Source: an uncultured delta proteobacterium
GTDB lineage: Bacteria > Desulfobacterota > Binatia > Binatales > Binataceae
Assembly (NCBI GenBank): GCA_963711565.1
Contig: CAVQEQ010000003.1
Coordinates: 256,001-320,000 of the forward strand
Direction: 5' to 3'
DNA: 64,000 bases
In this document: in pieces, positions 1 to 10,200 of the stretch
Numbering within the stretch: the stretch's first letter is position 1
How the letters are laid out: each line of letters starts with the position of its first letter
Program-made: the position numbers and the translations under genes
The notes under the pieces: model-generated
Seen by the model: only the letters and a program-made list of their open reading frames with translations
Told to the model about the DNA's origin: nothing
Databases searched by the model: none

Positions 1-626
1 GGACGGCCCGTTTTGAGACGCGGGGACGGCGCGCCGATGCACGTTCCGGCGCGCCGCCCGCGCTCCGCGGCGTAAAAGGGGGGTCCAAACGGCCGCGAAG
101 ACTATAAGCTTTGCGTTCGAGAGCTCGTGATAAACTCTCTTCAGGTAGGACGATTCATTCGGGTAAAAGTTGCGCTGCGCTGGAAAGCGATTAGATCCGA
201 TTGGTGTCCGGCGGCTTTACAATAGCTCCGCTTCCCGTCCTCGGGCAGGGCGTTAATTCCGTCTTCGTGTCCCAAATGAAAAGGGGGAATTTTTCCCCGG
301 CCTCTCAAAAAAGAGTGGAGGCCGGAAAACAAAATACCGAGGACGGCTTGCGCGGATCAGCGACAAGATTGAGCACTCGCGGATAACTAAGGGCGCTCTG
401 GGTGATGCTATCCGCCGGCGGATGATGCAGGACGGCGTCATCTCCCTTGAAAGAAACATGTATTTCCTCAACCCCGACGCGCTTGGGCGAATTGTCGGGG
501 AGACTTATCAGGATTTGAAGCTAAAACGGTTCAACGACAGGGTGCGCCAATATGTTTCGTACATTGCCGCATAGTTTCCAATAGGCGAAATGTTGAGGGG
601 CAAAGTTCCTGAAGACTGATAACTAG

Positions 627-1082
627 TTGAAATCTCGCGAAGGTGTGCCAATGCTGAGGGAGCGCTATGGCTTTTCTGAGGATGAGTGGCAATCGCTGAA
701 GGAGCTGCTAAGGCGCATTTTGGTCGAGAGGGTCCGTTCGGACAACCTGATGATTGCCTATTCGGAGTTGATTCAGGTTGCGGTTTCTCAACTCGAGCGC
801 CGACCGACGCTATCCGCAAAGACCAGAGACATACTGACGCCGGAGTCCTATGGGCTCGGGGCGATGTTGGGAGAGATCTCGACCGATTCATGCAGCGCTT
901 CTCCGGACCACGGAATGCTGTCGGTGATAGTCGTGCATAAGCACGGAGACTCGCGCCCAGGGAAGGGCTTTTTCGAGTGCGCGGAGAACCTCGGGCGTCT
1001 ATCACGCGCGGCATCAAACGATGAGAAAGAGGCGCTTTGGGTCAGACAGTTGCGTCTGGTGCAAAGCAGTTGCCACGGATAA
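627..1082 (+). CDS. Conserved hypothetical protein (likely start ATG 651)
   Basis: Protein-like 151-aa ORF with a YSEL..LG.I..LSVIVV..PGKGFF pattern typical of a small winged-helix-like family. Confidence 0.65.
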   Translation: MKSREGVPMLRERYGFSEDEWQSLKELLRRILVERVRSDNLMIAYSELIQVAVSQLERRPTLSAKTRDILTPESYGLGAMLGEISTDSCSASPDHGMLSVIVVHKHGDSRPGKGFFECAENLGRLSRAASNDEKEALWVRQLRLVQSSCHG

Positions 1083-1086
1083 ACAA

Positions 1087-1368
1087 CTAGTCTCCCTGCT
1101 GCGCGCGATACGCTTCGAAGGATCGCACAAGCAGTTCAATGAGCTTAAGGTCGTGGCGGGCGGCGTAGGTCTTGAACGAGCGCCGAAAATCGGCAGATAT
1201 CCGGAAATTGAGCGGCTTGAGCGTTGCGTGCCCTGCCCTTTCCTCTCGCTGCTGCGGTGCGACGGTTTGCGGAGGCGCAACGCCGGTGCGTGGCGGCATG
1301 TCGATAGCGGGAGCCGCCTTGCCTTTGACAGCGACCAGTCCGGCGGAGAGCTGGGGCCTGTTGTTCAT
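1087..1368 (-). CDS. ParG-like ribbon-helix-helix partition protein (93 aa)
   Basis: ATG at 1368 overlaps the parA stop; flexible N-terminus plus C-terminal LNFRISADFRRSFKTYAARHDLKLIELL RHH pattern. Confidence 0.8.
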   Translation of the reverse strand: MNNRPQLSAGLVAVKGKAAPAIDMPPRTGVAPPQTVAPQQREERAGHATLKPLNFRISADFRRSFKTYAARHDLKLIELLVRSFEAYRAQQGD

Positions 1369-2015
1369 TGCTGTTCTTCCTTTCGTGCTTTCGTGCTTTT
1401 TGACAAGAGGCCATGGAGGAAGGCCCAGAGTGCGATCATTTCCTCGGCGCTGCGCCCTTTCGCATCGGTCTCCTGGACCGTCCGGCCATCGATCATGGAA
1501 CCGGCATAATCGACGCGGTCGTGCACGACCGCTTGGGCCACGGCACCATGCGCAGACAGTGCTGCGACGGCCTGAACGGTGAGGCGCGCGTTTGGTTTCG
1601 CTTGGGTAACGACGAACACGAAGGGTTTTTCCTCTGCGCGCACGAGGTCGACAGTGCTCCCGACGGCACGAAGGTCGTGCGGACTCGGCCGGGTCGGAAT
1701 GAGAACAAGGTCGGCCGTTGCGACGACGGCCCGGATGGCGTCGGTGATGGCCGGTGGCGTGTCTATCACGGCGACCGCATAGCCGGCTGTCTTCAGGCCT
1801 GCGAGCTTTCCAGGAAGCTCCGCAATCATTGTGGACGCCAATGAGGGAGATTCGTGCTCGCGGACGTTCCACCAAGCAGATAGTGAACCTTGCGGATCAG
1901 TGTCGATCAGCACGGCACGTCCGATACCTGCCGCCTCGGCGGCGATTGCCAAATGCGCGGCGAGTGTGGTCTTCCCTGCCCCGCCCTTCTGGCTTGCGAG
2001 CACAAGAACGTGCAT
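1365..2015 (-). CDS. parA: ParA family partition ATPase (type Ib)
   Basis: Deviant Walker A KGGAGKTT, DTDPQGS, IDTPP motifs; 216 aa. Confidence 0.95.
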   Translation of the reverse strand: MHVLVLASQKGGAGKTTLAAHLAIAAEAAGIGRAVLIDTDPQGSLSAWWNVREHESPSLASTMIAELPGKLAGLKTAGYAVAVIDTPPAITDAIRAVVATADLVLIPTRPSPHDLRAVGSTVDLVRAEEKPFVFVVTQAKPNARLTVQAVAALSAHGAVAQAVVHDRVDYAGSMIDGRTVQETDAKGRSAEEMIALWAFLHGLLSKSTKARKEEQQ

Positions 2016-2415
2016 TCTGCCTCCCTGCTTTTTGTGATTCCGTGTTTTTCAACAATACAGGGGGCACGAAAACCCGCAAGCACGAACTCTGCTCTTTCGT
2101 GCAAGAAAGAAAGCGTGGTCATACGTAGTTGCTACCGAGGCCGAGAGCCACTGAATATTTTGATTGTCGTTACAAGAACGCAAGAACGATTTTTGTCTTT
2201 TGTGTTTTCGTGCTTGCACGCAATTTGACTATCGGCATGCGAATCAGCGAGACGGGTGTGGTTTAGGTGGGAGGATGGTTGTGTAGACGATGTGCGTCGT
2301 CGAGCCTGTAGGTGGAAGGGCTAGGATGCCTGAAGCAGTCAGCGTCACCTGACCGATCGGCGGACGACGTGCAGGTCAATGACTAGCGATGCTGCTCCTT
2401 GCAAGTCCGGAAATT

Positions 2416-2439
2416 TTCGTGCTTTCGTGCTATCGTGCT
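2416..2439 (+). repeat. Tandem 8-bp TTCGTGCT repeats, putative parS centromere (further copies at 1382-1397 and scattered at 2060-2216)
   Basis: TTCGTGCT-TTCGTGCT-ATCGTGCT upstream of parA; same unit tandem at the parA/parG junction. Confidence 0.6.
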
Positions 2440-2579
2440 GCCTTCTTTGGCTCGTCGATAGATAGACTGAGCAGCGCGAACAGCTCCACATCGATAAGTG
2501 TCTTTTTCAATTTCCCCCTTCGCAAACAATGACTTCCGTGCAATTGTGGCAAGGAGTGGCTCACGTCCGAATCTTTCTG

Positions 2580-2608
2580 GTGTCCGATAAGTATCAATTA
2601 TCGGACAC
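2580..2608. repeat. Inverted repeat GTGTCCGATAA-N7-TTATCGGACAC, putative tyrosine-recombinase site
   Basis: Perfect 11-bp arms with a 7-bp spacer in an intergenic region. Confidence 0.55.
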
Positions 2609-2737
2609 GGTAATTCTGGTTACGTAACAAAAGAAAAAGGGGAATTTCATGTCCGATGGCGAGGCAAAGGGGCGGGAGTAATGACAGGCGCAGCTGCGAC
2701 TACCGGTTTCTTTCCGTAAAGCAGTGGAAAGCCGGTC

Positions 2738-3091
2738 TCAGGGAGCGGGGACCGGCGGTTGAGTACGCCCTATTTTCACACCAGGAATGCTTGAAAGGTC
2801 ATAGTGATACCACTCTTCTTTCACAAAATTACCGTCGATGTAATAAGATTCGAGGGTTGTGGGCCAAGGGGCACGGAAACGGTGGATGAAAGCCGGACCG
2901 TCCGTGCAATGGAGTGTGCCGCCATGATTGCTGATCCAATTGGCTAAATCTTCGGCGGTCGGATTGGCAGTTTGAGTCAACCAATCATCCGCGCGGCGAA
3001 AGGTCTTTTCGGAGACCTTATAGGTGGCGGTAATGTCATGACGATTGTTTTTGTATGTTTCGTAGCTGTAACTCAGAGTAATCTGTCTCAT
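2738..3091 (-). CDS. Hypothetical protein (LHxxDGPA motif)
   Basis: GGAGA RBS before ATG; 117 aa; LHCTDGPA...YYIDG motif. Confidence 0.6.
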   Translation of the reverse strand: MRQITLSYSYETYKNNRHDITATYKVSEKTFRRADDWLTQTANPTAEDLANWISNHGGTLHCTDGPAFIHRFRAPWPTTLESYYIDGNFVKEEWYHYDLSSIPGVKIGRTQPPVPAP

Positions 3092-3312
3092 TTGTTTCTC
3101 CTTGCTAACTGCCGGTTGCGCTGTGCGATACTTCCTGTAACGAACCTAACAGTAACACGCGAAGTTGAAAGTAATTAGAACTTTTTTGAGTATCGATGCG
3201 TTTGGGTGAGACGCTAAAATGAGTCGAGCCTTGATATTTCAAAGGGTTATGACCAAAAAACACAGCCCGTAGGCACGGATATTTTCTGGCACGCGCGGTC
3301 GGCATCACGTTC

Positions 3313-4260
3313 CTACCCGCGCGCCGTTCGAGCACCTTGGCTGGCAACGGTTGTCCGACCCAATCCAAGCCGCGCCGCCTGTCGCAACAGGTTGATGACC
3401 GATGAGTGATGCCAGCGCGTACCGCCGCTTGGAGTCCGCTCGTGCATGGATTGCAGTTGGGATGCAATCTGCTGCAGCGTCAGGTTTGGGGCGGCGGCGG
3501 CAATACCTGCCACCAGCACAATCAGGCGCTCGTTAGCTTTTCGTCGTGGAGACCGGTCCATCAGGCCTCGCTCCACTATTCCTTCCGCCACCAATCGCCG
3601 AACCGTCCGCCGCAGACGCTCTGTTGTCCAGCAAATCTTGCCAGTCGAGTTCAGCACGCGAACGACATCACCCCAAGGTCTGCCCGGCCTGAGCCGGCGG
3701 ACCGCAGGCAGCCACTCGTCGAGGTGAGCCAGGACTCCATCCAGATGCACCTTGTTTCGAGCGTGACTGGCCGCTCGAATGGCCTCCGGGTCTCGCGCAC
3801 GCAGACCGGGGTTGCCGCCGAGGCGTCCGCGCGCCCGTGCTGATTTAAGTCCCGCCTTGGTACGTTCGGAGATCAGAGCGCGCTCCAGTTGGGCCACGGC
3901 ACCCAGAACCTGGAGCGAAAACATTCCCTGCGGGGTTGTGGTATCGATGGGATCTCGTAGAGAACGAAAATGCGCGCCCTTTTGTTCCAGCTGCTCAATC
4001 ACTTGTAAGAGGTGAGTCACCGAGCGAGCTAACCGGTCAAGACGTACAACCACCAGAGTATCGCCTGGCTCGATGTCAAGCAGGAGTTGGGCAAGGACAG
4101 GACGGCCTCGGTCCGCGCCGGAGGCGTGCTCCTCGTGGATTGTCTCACAGCCGATGGAGCGCAATTCGTCGAGCTGTGGGTCGGTTCCTTGCTCTTCCGT
4201 TGAGACGCGGGCATAGCCAACAAGTCGCCCACCGGCGTGTTTTTTCGTGATGCTGACCAT
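3313..4260 (-). CDS. Serine recombinase (resolvase/invertase) with C-terminal extension, y4cG-like
   Basis: GYARVST catalytic Ser motif, LVVVRLDRLARS, ERALISERT, GGNPG. Confidence 0.93.
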   Translation of the reverse strand: MVSITKKHAGGRLVGYARVSTEEQGTDPQLDELRSIGCETIHEEHASGADRGRPVLAQLLLDIEPGDTLVVVRLDRLARSVTHLLQVIEQLEQKGAHFRSLRDPIDTTTPQGMFSLQVLGAVAQLERALISERTKAGLKSARARGRLGGNPGLRARDPEAIRAASHARNKVHLDGVLAHLDEWLPAVRRLRPGRPWGDVVRVLNSTGKICWTTERLRRTVRRLVAEGIVERGLMDRSPRRKANERLIVLVAGIAAAAPNLTLQQIASQLQSMHERTPSGGTRWHHSSVINLLRQAARLGLGRTTVASQGARTARG

Positions 4261-4690
4261 TGCTTCGACGAATCTCTGAATTGCAGGAGATTTTACAATC
4301 TAAAAGGTTAAGTCCAAACCATCGTTTGCAGAAGTGGCTAAATCATTTCAGTCGCGCCAAAAGACCGGCTGGCACAGCGGTCGGCGATGGTGAACGGCAT
4401 CAGTGGCCGGGGCGGGGAGAGCGCAGTGAGACCCAGAAAGAAAATGCTGCTGAAACCTGCTTCCCATGCGAAAGAAAACCCCTGTGCTCTTTTCATCTTG
4501 GAAGTTAACCTGTTGTCATAGCTTGTATCTCTCAAAGAACCATGGAAGCCCATGAGTGGCCTTCCTGACGAAGCTGAAGAACCATGGTGGGAACCGGTGT
4601 CGGCAGGCACTAATTCATGCAAAAGCCTTCTGCGGAAGGCCATGCTTGAAGTAAGAGGCACTAAATGATGCAAATAAGGAGCACTTAATC

Positions 4691-5776
4691 GTGCAAAAAA
4701 AGGCACTCAATCATGCAAACAAATTCTTGCCGAGCCCGGGTTCCGCTCGCGAGCAACCTCTCCTTCCTAAAGCCGCGCGGTCTGCCGGGACTGACCTGTA
4801 CCATCCACTCTTGTTCCCATTATCTCAGGCACAGAACGGTATCGCGCGACTCGGGGCATCGGTTGCAACAGCTTCGGCCGCCGTCGCCGAAGGGATTCGC
4901 GCCAGAACCGCCTATTGCGAGGCTGCGGGCTGGCTTGCCCACGTAAGCACCTGGATTCATCCGAACGATCTGGCCCTGCGCGACTCGGGCTTAACGGGAT
5001 CTTATCTGGCCGCAGCGCCGAGCGGTGTGCTGCAAACCCACCTGCCGTCAATGGCGCCCATGGACACTACGCCAGAACTTCTGTTTTTAGAGCAGAATAT
5101 TGCTGCCGCGCTGCGCTTTGCCCTGCACTGGCGCCGGCTGGCCGAATTCAAAACCTGGCGTCCCTTGGCGGATGCGGCGGCCGTGCGGGAGACGGTCGGC
5201 TCTCTCGCATGCACGCGCGACCCCATGCGGGACACCGATATCGAGGCTTGGCTCGCACCGGTTCTCGGGCGTCACGAAGTTCCCGAACTCATTTCGGCGG
5301 GGCGGGCGGCGCGCGACTGGATGAATATGCACATTGAGTCTGATCCGCTGGCCATAGACGGCACATTTCTCGCTGCGTGCGTCTGGCGGGAAAAAGGTTT
5401 CGGTCGCTCGATCAGTCTGCCTTTCTGGTCCGCCACGGCTTACCGGCACCATCGCCTGACTTCGGCCGTAGGTATCCCGTGGCTTGTCGGCTTCCTCGAA
5501 TGCGTCGCCGAAGCCACTCAGGCAGCTCGCTCTGAACTGGATAGACTCCGGCGTACCGAAGAGAGGGCAGGAGCCCTCACGCGCAGCGCGCGGTCACATT
5601 TGCCCGAAGCGATTGACGCCGTGATCCGGGCGCCCATTATCACAGCGCGCAGCCTCGCAAAACGCTTGGCCATCACGCACCAGGCCGCCCTTGGGCTGCT
5701 CAAGCAATTGGTCGAAGCAGATATTATTAAGGAAGCGACGGGCCGCAGCGCCTGGCGCGCATACGTCATAACATGA
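4691..5776 (+). CDS. y4cF/RHE_PE00001-like protein (DUF1612-like + C-terminal HTH)
   Basis: C-terminal SHLPEAIDAVIRAPIITARSLAKRL...KEATGRSAWRAY; divergent from the y4cG-like recombinase as on rhizobial plasmids. Confidence 0.7.
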   Translation: MQKKALNHANKFLPSPGSAREQPLLPKAARSAGTDLYHPLLFPLSQAQNGIARLGASVATASAAVAEGIRARTAYCEAAGWLAHVSTWIHPNDLALRDSGLTGSYLAAAPSGVLQTHLPSMAPMDTTPELLFLEQNIAAALRFALHWRRLAEFKTWRPLADAAAVRETVGSLACTRDPMRDTDIEAWLAPVLGRHEVPELISAGRAARDWMNMHIESDPLAIDGTFLAACVWREKGFGRSISLPFWSATAYRHHRLTSAVGIPWLVGFLECVAEATQAARSELDRLRRTEERAGALTRSARSHLPEAIDAVIRAPIITARSLAKRLAITHQAALGLLKQLVEADIIKEATGRSAWRAYVIT

Positions 5777-6207
5777 TTGTCGGCAGGGAGAAGGCCAACT
5801 AGCGGGGAATTTCACATCAGGACGAGTGTCGCTCGCACGACTTAGTGCTGTTTTGTCTCATCTCTCAATGCCATTTGTCTCATAGCTTGATGCCGAGCTT
5901 AGCGGAAACACCCAGCCTGTCTTAGGGATTCTGAAAAACAGTCGAGCGTCAAAATAACGGCCTCGTGACAGGTTCACCGAGCCGCGGGCTGACATTTCTC
6001 CTTGTCGCCCGAGGGACTACGATGTTAATCCTATGGCGAAGTCGGCTATTGCCGATGCTCTGACCGGACGGTGCTTGATGAATCTTCGCAGAAGTCTTCG
6101 AAAAGTGGTCGAACGGAATCTTTTGGAAACGGGCGGTCAAGCGGATTGAGCGCGCGCGTAACTTTGCGGTCGCTATTAGTCATAACGACGTTGAACGCGT
6201 TCGGCAG

Positions 6208-6564
6208 ATGCTTGCCGAGGGAATCGATCCTAACCAGGTCTTCAACCCGCGAGATGGCGAGCGTCCGTTGCATATCGCAGCTGGTTGGGCAGGGCCGGAG
6301 ATGATAGATATTCTGGTCGCCGCAGGGGCAGATCCGCTTGTGGGGAGGCGCGTCGCGCTTTCGTCCTTGGCTCCGTCCGGATTTGCCAGACTGATGAACC
6401 GTCCAGCGAATGCAGACTATCTGGAAAAGATTGAGGAGAAGTATCGGCAGAGTATGATCGCAGCGGGCAAAAGCCCCACGACATTCGACAAGGAGGTCCG
6501 TACACTATGCCAGCTCCGGCGCTCACTCCGCACGACATTATCGAGGCCACCGGTGCCTTACTGA
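6208..6564 (+). CDS. Ankyrin-repeat protein (start uncertain; frame open from 6082)
   Basis: GIDPN...GERPLHIAAGWAGPEMIDILVAAGADP ankyrin consensus. Confidence 0.7.
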   Translation: MLAEGIDPNQVFNPRDGERPLHIAAGWAGPEMIDILVAAGADPLVGRRVALSSLAPSGFARLMNRPANADYLEKIEEKYRQSMIAAGKSPTTFDKEVRTLCQLRRSLRTTLSRPPVPY

Positions 6565-7046
6565 CTGTTCTGACGCAGGTATCGAAACTGCTTGTTGGAG
6601 CTAGTGACGGCAAAAGCCATTTGATGGCAAAAGAAACCATCCTAACTCTTAGCAAAACGGCGTTAGAACTGAGCGACAAGAATCTCGAAGAACTTCGAGT
6701 GATCAGGCAGAGGCTTGTTAGTTCAGGAGTGGACTTGTCGCAAACGCCCACTCAGATAGTAGCAGATGTGCGATGGTGGAAGCTTCGGAAATACTGGGCT
6801 GTTAGAAGCTATAGCCATCGCGTTGGTAGCATCGTGAATCAGCTCGGCGACTTGCATCAGGAGATAATCGCACTAGCGCATTGCCGAGAAGCCGAAGAGT
6901 TTGTTGCAGCGACAGAAGCCCAAGCCTGTGAAGAATCGATAAAACGTCAGGACCTGGTAAGGTCTGTCAAATCACTCGACGATATCTTGAACCAGTTGCT
7001 TACTGATTCGCAGCGGCTGAATGCGATTTTGAGAGGCATTTCCTAA
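6507..7046 (+). CDS. Hypothetical helical protein
   Basis: AGGAGG RBS before ATG 6507; 179 aa. Confidence 0.7.
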   Translation: MPAPALTPHDIIEATGALLTVLTQVSKLLVGASDGKSHLMAKETILTLSKTALELSDKNLEELRVIRQRLVSSGVDLSQTPTQIVADVRWWKLRKYWAVRSYSHRVGSIVNQLGDLHQEIIALAHCREAEEFVAATEAQACEESIKRQDLVRSVKSLDDILNQLLTDSQRLNAILRGIS

Positions 7047-7106
7047 TCAGGGGTAGGTGCGCGATTTGTCCTTTAAAGCACGCTAAGGCCATTCACCAAG
7101 GCCACC

Positions 7107-7140
7107 GCTGCGACAACCTTGTGGAAATTTCAACAAGGTT
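7107..7140 (+). repeat. 34-bp palindrome-containing repeat, copy 1 (copy 2 at 43052-43085)
   Basis: GCTGCGACAACCTTGTGGAAATTTCAACAAGGTT; one mismatch to copy 2. Confidence 0.85.
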
Positions 7141-7221
7141 GATTTTGTTACGACCGCCTACTGATTCTGGTGTGGCGACCCCTTAGAGGCTGATTTGCCA
7201 GATCCTTGCCGTAACGGTCGG

Positions 7222-10200
7222 TCAGTTGTGAGAGAGTTCGGCGAAACTCTGGATCAAGGAACAATAGGCGCGAACTGTGGGTTCGGCTGCAGCAAGGCCC
7301 GCAAGAATTGTAGCACCAAGAATTTCACGCGGCGCTTTTCGCAAAAGCCGTCCCAGACGGGAAATAAGGTGTGTCGCATCGGTCGCGAGAGTTTGTTCTG
7401 GACGTGGCACTCGCTCGAAAGAAAACCTGAGGCCGCGAAGAAATACCGCTTCAGAGGCGGCCGATGACTCGCCTTTAAGTGCCCATTGGATGGAGGGAAA
7501 GAGCAGGTACGCCCAAGTGTTTGGAGGTGAACCGTCAGAGGAGTCCCAAGGCTCTTCGTTCAGAATAACCAGTACCTCAAGGGCGGCATCGATAACTGCA
7601 TCTCTCAATTCTTTATCCAGTTCGGTGATCAGCCATGTTGTGAGTTGGTCAAAGAGCATCTCGTGCAGAAAGCTCGCGTGAGCTGCGTATGCCAGGAAGA
7701 TCGGTTTAACCTGTGATTTCGACAGGAAACCGCGTATGCGAAGTATTTCCGACGCAAGCGGAAGCTTCCATATCTCACCTTCAACGAGTTTTTGGTCGAG
7801 ACTGAGCAGGTATTCGTCCGCAGCTTGGTCATTATCGCCAATCGGCGATTCCCTGACTATCATCCAGAGCCGGAGCAGTTGTTGCAGATGCGGCCGGCTT
7901 GCTTGTTGGTTCCAAATCCTTCCCCAGATGTCCAAAAGCGGGAGCGTTTCCGCTAACTTTGGCGGCAAGCCATAGCAAAAGCGGAGTGCATTGCTGATCA
8001 GAGCTCCTGGCTTGCCGATAGATGCCAGGTGAGAGAGAGCATCGTCAGTCAGCGGGGGAAGAAATAAGGACTGTTCGATTGAAGCGAGAAGAGCCGGATG
8101 AAGCTCATCAGAATCACGAGAGTATTCTTTCAGCTTGCCGAGCGAGCGGTCCATATCCGTCTCGCGTTGAATGACCCCGGCGAAAGTAGGCGGCCGTTGG
8201 CGCATCCCGTGATGTACGGCAAATCCTTCCGGTACTTGACCCAAACGAGCAATAAGCGCGGCCGCTGCAGAGCAAGTAATCGGTTGCCCATGCCGCAAAG
8301 CGTCTCGGATGGAATTCGTGTTGAGGCCGGCGAATTCGCTGCCGATTACCGCGAGCCATTGGTACGCGTCCGTCCACCGGTTTCTCTTCATTCGTGGATC
8401 GTTCAAACATTCGATTGCAGCTTCGCCAATTGCTCCGCTGTGTTCCTTTACTTCCAGACCGTATTCAAGCAGCACACCGCCATTTGCATCGGCTTCGCTA
8501 CTGCCGGTGCTAAATCTCGTATCGTCGCAAAACATTGCCCACACGACATCCTTCCACGCGGATGGCTCACTATTCGCTCGCAGTATGAGTTCCAGGAAAG
8601 GAGCCGGAGCACCTTGGTTTCTAATCTCCTCACTCGCTTCCTTGAGGGCGAGAGCAAACTCCGGGTCGCGCGCAATTCGGACCATAAGGTTGGAAAGTTC
8701 CCAGGGTCTTCCCGGTTTTGTTTTTATGGCGATACACTTTGCTTCTATCTTGGGTGACAATTGCCCACGATGGAGGTCGAACAGATGGCTTGCCGCTTGC
8801 TCTGCGGATTCGGAACTCGGATGGTCCAGTTGAGCGATGAGCCGGACAATCGAATCTTTTTCGCCTAGCACCGCCTGTCCGACAGGGTCTCGCGCCAGAT
8901 ACCAGTTTCCGGGCGCGAGAAGACTCGATTCCAATTCAGCGCGGTACGCTGGGTCGATCTCTAGCCCTCCTTTCAGAAGCAGGACAAGGGCCAGAACCCG
9001 AGAGTGTATATCCAAGAACTGCAATTGACTTTTCAGTGAGGAAAGAACGCTGGGTGTAAAATTCAGCGTGAGGCAGAACAACTCCCATTCTCTCCCGTCG
9101 AAATCAGACCGCCGGCCCGCCCTCGCTCGAATAGCGACGAAAAGCGCCTCTGCTTCGTTTCCAGGATCGGTCGCTACAAGGATCAGCGCCGCCCCTCGGC
9201 GCGTTTTCGGGTCAAGGCTGTGGAGTTGGGTACGCAACGCCTTTCGGAAGTCCAGCCCTCGGGACCCATTCAGCAAATGCAGGAAAGCCTCACGCACTTC
9301 TGGATATCGGGGCAGCGTGAATGGCCCCATGTTCCGAGCGCATCCGGCTAATACTTCCGGGCCGTCGTTCAGCTGCCCGATGTGATTGAGCAGGACTCGC
9401 CAGCAACCGGAGTGGGCACCGAAAGAGTCGTAGCTTCCAGATATTCGTGAAGCCAGCCAGCGGACTCCTTGATCGCCATTGTCCGTTACGAGTGCGGCCA
9501 GAGTCTTCTCTGCTTCCACCATGTATCCGCCATCGTGCATGGCCCGTATCAGAACGTCGCCGAGGATGGATAATCTGCGCTCGCCTCCTTCGTAGAGAAC
9601 AGTGGCCGCTCCGGCGGCGCTGGCATCGACAGTCGAGAGCATCCATCTTGCGAAGTAGGACCATCGCTTTTCTGAGAGTCTTTCGCTACAGCCGGAGAAA
9701 AACTGCTTCGCGACGGACAGACTTCGTCGATTGACGAGAGAGCGAAAGGCTGACCGGATCAGCGATACAGGGAGCTCGAGGCCGGGGTTCAACTGGAGCC
9801 AGAGGAGGCCAGCTCGCTCGCTCTCGGCAGCGCGATACTGGAGCACGTTGTTTAGCAGCGGTTGGTTTTCGCCGCCTTGTCTGAGAATCGAGAACTCTTC
9901 CGCAACCCAGTCGCCAAAGGGCGGACTTTCCAGAGCGTGGGATTGATACCAAAAACGGTCAGCCAGTTCGAAGGCTTGCGGAACCAACACCGCTAGGAGC
10001 CTCAGTACGCCAAAAAATTGACCTTCACCCGTAGCCAGGTAGGGCTTAACCAGAGTTGTGAGCTGTTGCTTCTGAGCCTCAGTGAGTTGCCCTCTCGATA
10101 GCGCGGCCCACTCCTCCAACACATCTCTGATTACGCCACTTCCGGCAAAGACAAGAGGATATCGTGGATCCAGATATTGGCTAAATAGCCATTCAAATCC

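Noticed and set aside
257-574. Open + frame encoding ...GRLARISDKIEHSRITKGALGDAIRRRMMQDGVISLE...
   Set aside because: Protein-like, but bounded upstream by a stop with no convincing start; possibly a gene remnant that I cannot assign
1369-1875. N-terminal 169 codons of the 262-aa ORF 1087..1875
   Set aside because: Overlaps parA in another frame; the real gene starts at ATG 1368
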